From positions 1-16,314 of the IMG/VR virus record IMGVR_UViG_2695420398_000002: DNA of 16,314 bases, one strand, 5' to 3'. Every line of letters begins with the position of its first letter. The stretch's first letter is position 1. The stretch is from a virus. Its lineage: Duplodnaviria > Heunggongvirae > Uroviricota > Caudoviricetes. The translations under genes and the position numbers were made by a program. Of this stretch, positions 15,355-16,314 are shown piece after piece. The notes under the pieces were generated by a model. That model was given only the letters and a program-made list of their open reading frames with translations, was not told the origin of the DNA and made no database searches.

Positions 15355-15398
15355 TCGTCCTTTATTTTTGGCATAAACAACAGAATAAACACTGCACT

Positions 15399-15426
15399 GT
15401 GTATTCATTCCAACGAGTGAATACAC
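15399..15426. other. Perfect 9-bp inverted repeat with 10-nt spacer (GTGTATTCA-N10-TGAATACAC)
   Basis: Read directly from the sequence, 45 nt after the stop of the 207-aa ORF; candidate protein-binding dyad or RNA hairpin. Confidence 0.4.
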
Positions 15427-15488
15427 GGAGCAATGTCGCTCGTAACTAAACAGGAGCCGACTTGTTCTGATTATTGGAAATCTTCTTT

Positions 15489-15516
15489 GCCCTCCAGTGT
15501 GAGGGCGATTTTTTAT
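15489..15516 (+). terminator. Rho-independent terminator (tL-like) just upstream of ea10
   Basis: GCCCTC-CAGTGT-GAGGGC followed by GATTTTTTAT. Confidence 0.55.
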
Positions 15517-15534
15517 CTATGAGGATATGAATAG

Positions 15535-15903
15535 ATGTCAAACATCAAAAAATACATCATTGATTACGACTGGAAAGCATCAATAGAAATTGAAATCGAC
15601 CATGACGTAATAACAGAGGAAAAACTTCACCAGATTAATAATTTATGGTCAGACTCTGAATACCGACTCAATAAACACGGCTCTGTATTAAATGCTGTAT
15701 TAATCATGCTGGCGCAACATGCTCTGCTTATAGCAATTTCAAGCGACTTAAATGCATATGGTGTTGTGTGTGAGTTCGACTGGAATGATGGAAATGGTCA
15801 GGAAGGATGGCCTCCAATGGATGGTAGCGAAGGAATAAGAATTACCGATATCGATACATCAGGAATATTTGATCCAGATGATATGACTATCAAAGCCGCC
15901 TGA
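15535..15903 (+). CDS. ea10: Probable Ea10-like early-left protein (122 aa)
   Basis: Same length (122 aa) and same position (immediately before cIII) as lambda ea10; GAGGA Shine-Dalgarno. The sequence itself was not recognised, so the call rests on synteny. Confidence 0.5.
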   Translation: MSNIKKYIIDYDWKASIEIEIDHDVITEEKLHQINNLWSDSEYRLNKHGSVLNAVLIMLAQHALLIAISSDLNAYGVVCEFDWNDGNGQEGWPPMDGSEGIRITDIDTSGIFDPDDMTIKAA

Positions 15904-15975
15904 GCGCGGCGTTACCGCATACCAATTACGCTTCACTCGAGGCGTTTTTCGTTATGTATAAATAAGGAGCACACC

Positions 15976-16140
15976 ATGCAATATGCCATTGCAGGGTGGC
16001 CTGTTGCTGGCTGCCCTTCCGAATCTTTACTTGAACGAATTACCCGTAAATTACGTGACGGATGGAAACGCCTTATCGACATACTTAATCAGCCAGGAGT
16101 CCCGAAAAATGGATCAAACAATTATTGCTATCCAGACTAA
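15976..16140 (+). CDS. cIII: CIII (FtsH/HflB protease inhibitor)
   Basis: 54 aa [48 protein letters not shown]... essentially identical to lambda CIII as recalled; AAGGAG Shine-Dalgarno. Confidence 0.9.
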   Translation: MQYAIAGWPVAGCPSESLLERITRKLRDGWKRLIDILNQPGVPKNGSNNYCYPD

Positions 16141-16273
16141 ATTCACTATCGCCACTTTTATTGGCGATGAAAAGATGTTTCGTGAGGCCGTCGACGCTTA
16201 TAAAAAATGGATATTAATACAGAAACTGAGATCAAGCAAAAGCATTCACTACCCCCCTTTCCTGTTTTCCTAA
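16109..16273 (+). CDS. kil: Kil (host cell-division inhibitor)
   Basis: Starts at an internal ATG overlapping the cIII 3' end by about 32 nt, as lambda kil does; synteny between cIII and gam. Confidence 0.75.
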   Translation: MDQTIIAIQTKFTIATFIGDEKMFREAVDAYKKWILIQKLRSSKSIHYPPFLFS

Positions 16274-16314
16274 TCAGCCTGGCATTTCGCGGGCGATATT
16301 TTCACAGCCATTTT
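16207..16314 (+). CDS. gam: Gam (RecBCD inhibitor), 5' part only; continues past the window end
   Basis: [34 protein letters not shown]... matches the N-terminus of the long form of lambda Gam as recalled. Confidence 0.9.
   Translation, partial: MDINTETEIKQKHSLPPFPVFLISLAFRGRYFHSHF

Noticed and set aside
14991-15392. Minus-strand 133-aa ORF antisense to the 207-aa gene
   Set aside because: Opposite to the pL operon direction, no Shine-Dalgarno, Ser-rich shadow frame.
1-16314. CRISPR arrays, tRNA or rRNA genes, IS elements or transposase
   Set aside because: I found no regularly spaced direct repeats with unique spacers, no tRNA-like conserved T-arm or cloverleaf candidates on inspection (notably none in the Q-to-nanS interval), and no transposase-like ORFs or terminal inverted repeats.

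Overview
This window is a contiguous stretch of a lambdoid (lambda-like) prophage, almost certainly from an Escherichia/Shigella-type host, running from the start of the packaging module through the lysis, late-regulation, nin, replication and immunity modules into the early-left operon. Most genes are on the minus strand. Reading plus coordinates: partial Nu1-like small terminase (1-89, -), a cos site whose cosN is the exact complement of the lambda cohesive end but whose cosB carries non-lambda repeats, a Rha-family regulator, a phage-21-type lysis cassette (Rz/Rz1, SAR endolysin, pinholin), a NanS-p-like esterase, an AT-rich multi-pass membrane protein moron directly downstream of Q/pR', lambda-type Q, NinI phosphatase, NinG, NinF, NinE, a Dam-like N6-adenine methyltransferase in place of ninC/ninD, NinB, tR2, Ren, P, O with four ori iterons, a CII homolog and nutR. 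The immunity region is non-lambda: divergent cro and cI (LexA-like S24 repressor) share TAC-N5-GTA operators, and cI is followed on the plus strand by a DinD-like gene where lambda has rexAB. Downstream are pL/OL, nutL, an N gene that appears frameshifted, an unrecognised 207-aa ORF, a probable Ea10, CIII, Kil and the start of Gam. No tRNA, rRNA, CRISPR array or IS element was seen. All identifications rest on reading the six-frame translations and recalling protein families from memory; nothing was searched against a database. The strongest candidates for undescribed biology are the three unrecognised accessory genes sitting at classical moron positions (after Q, at the rex locus, after N) and a tandem pair of promoter/terminator modules antisense to the late operon.
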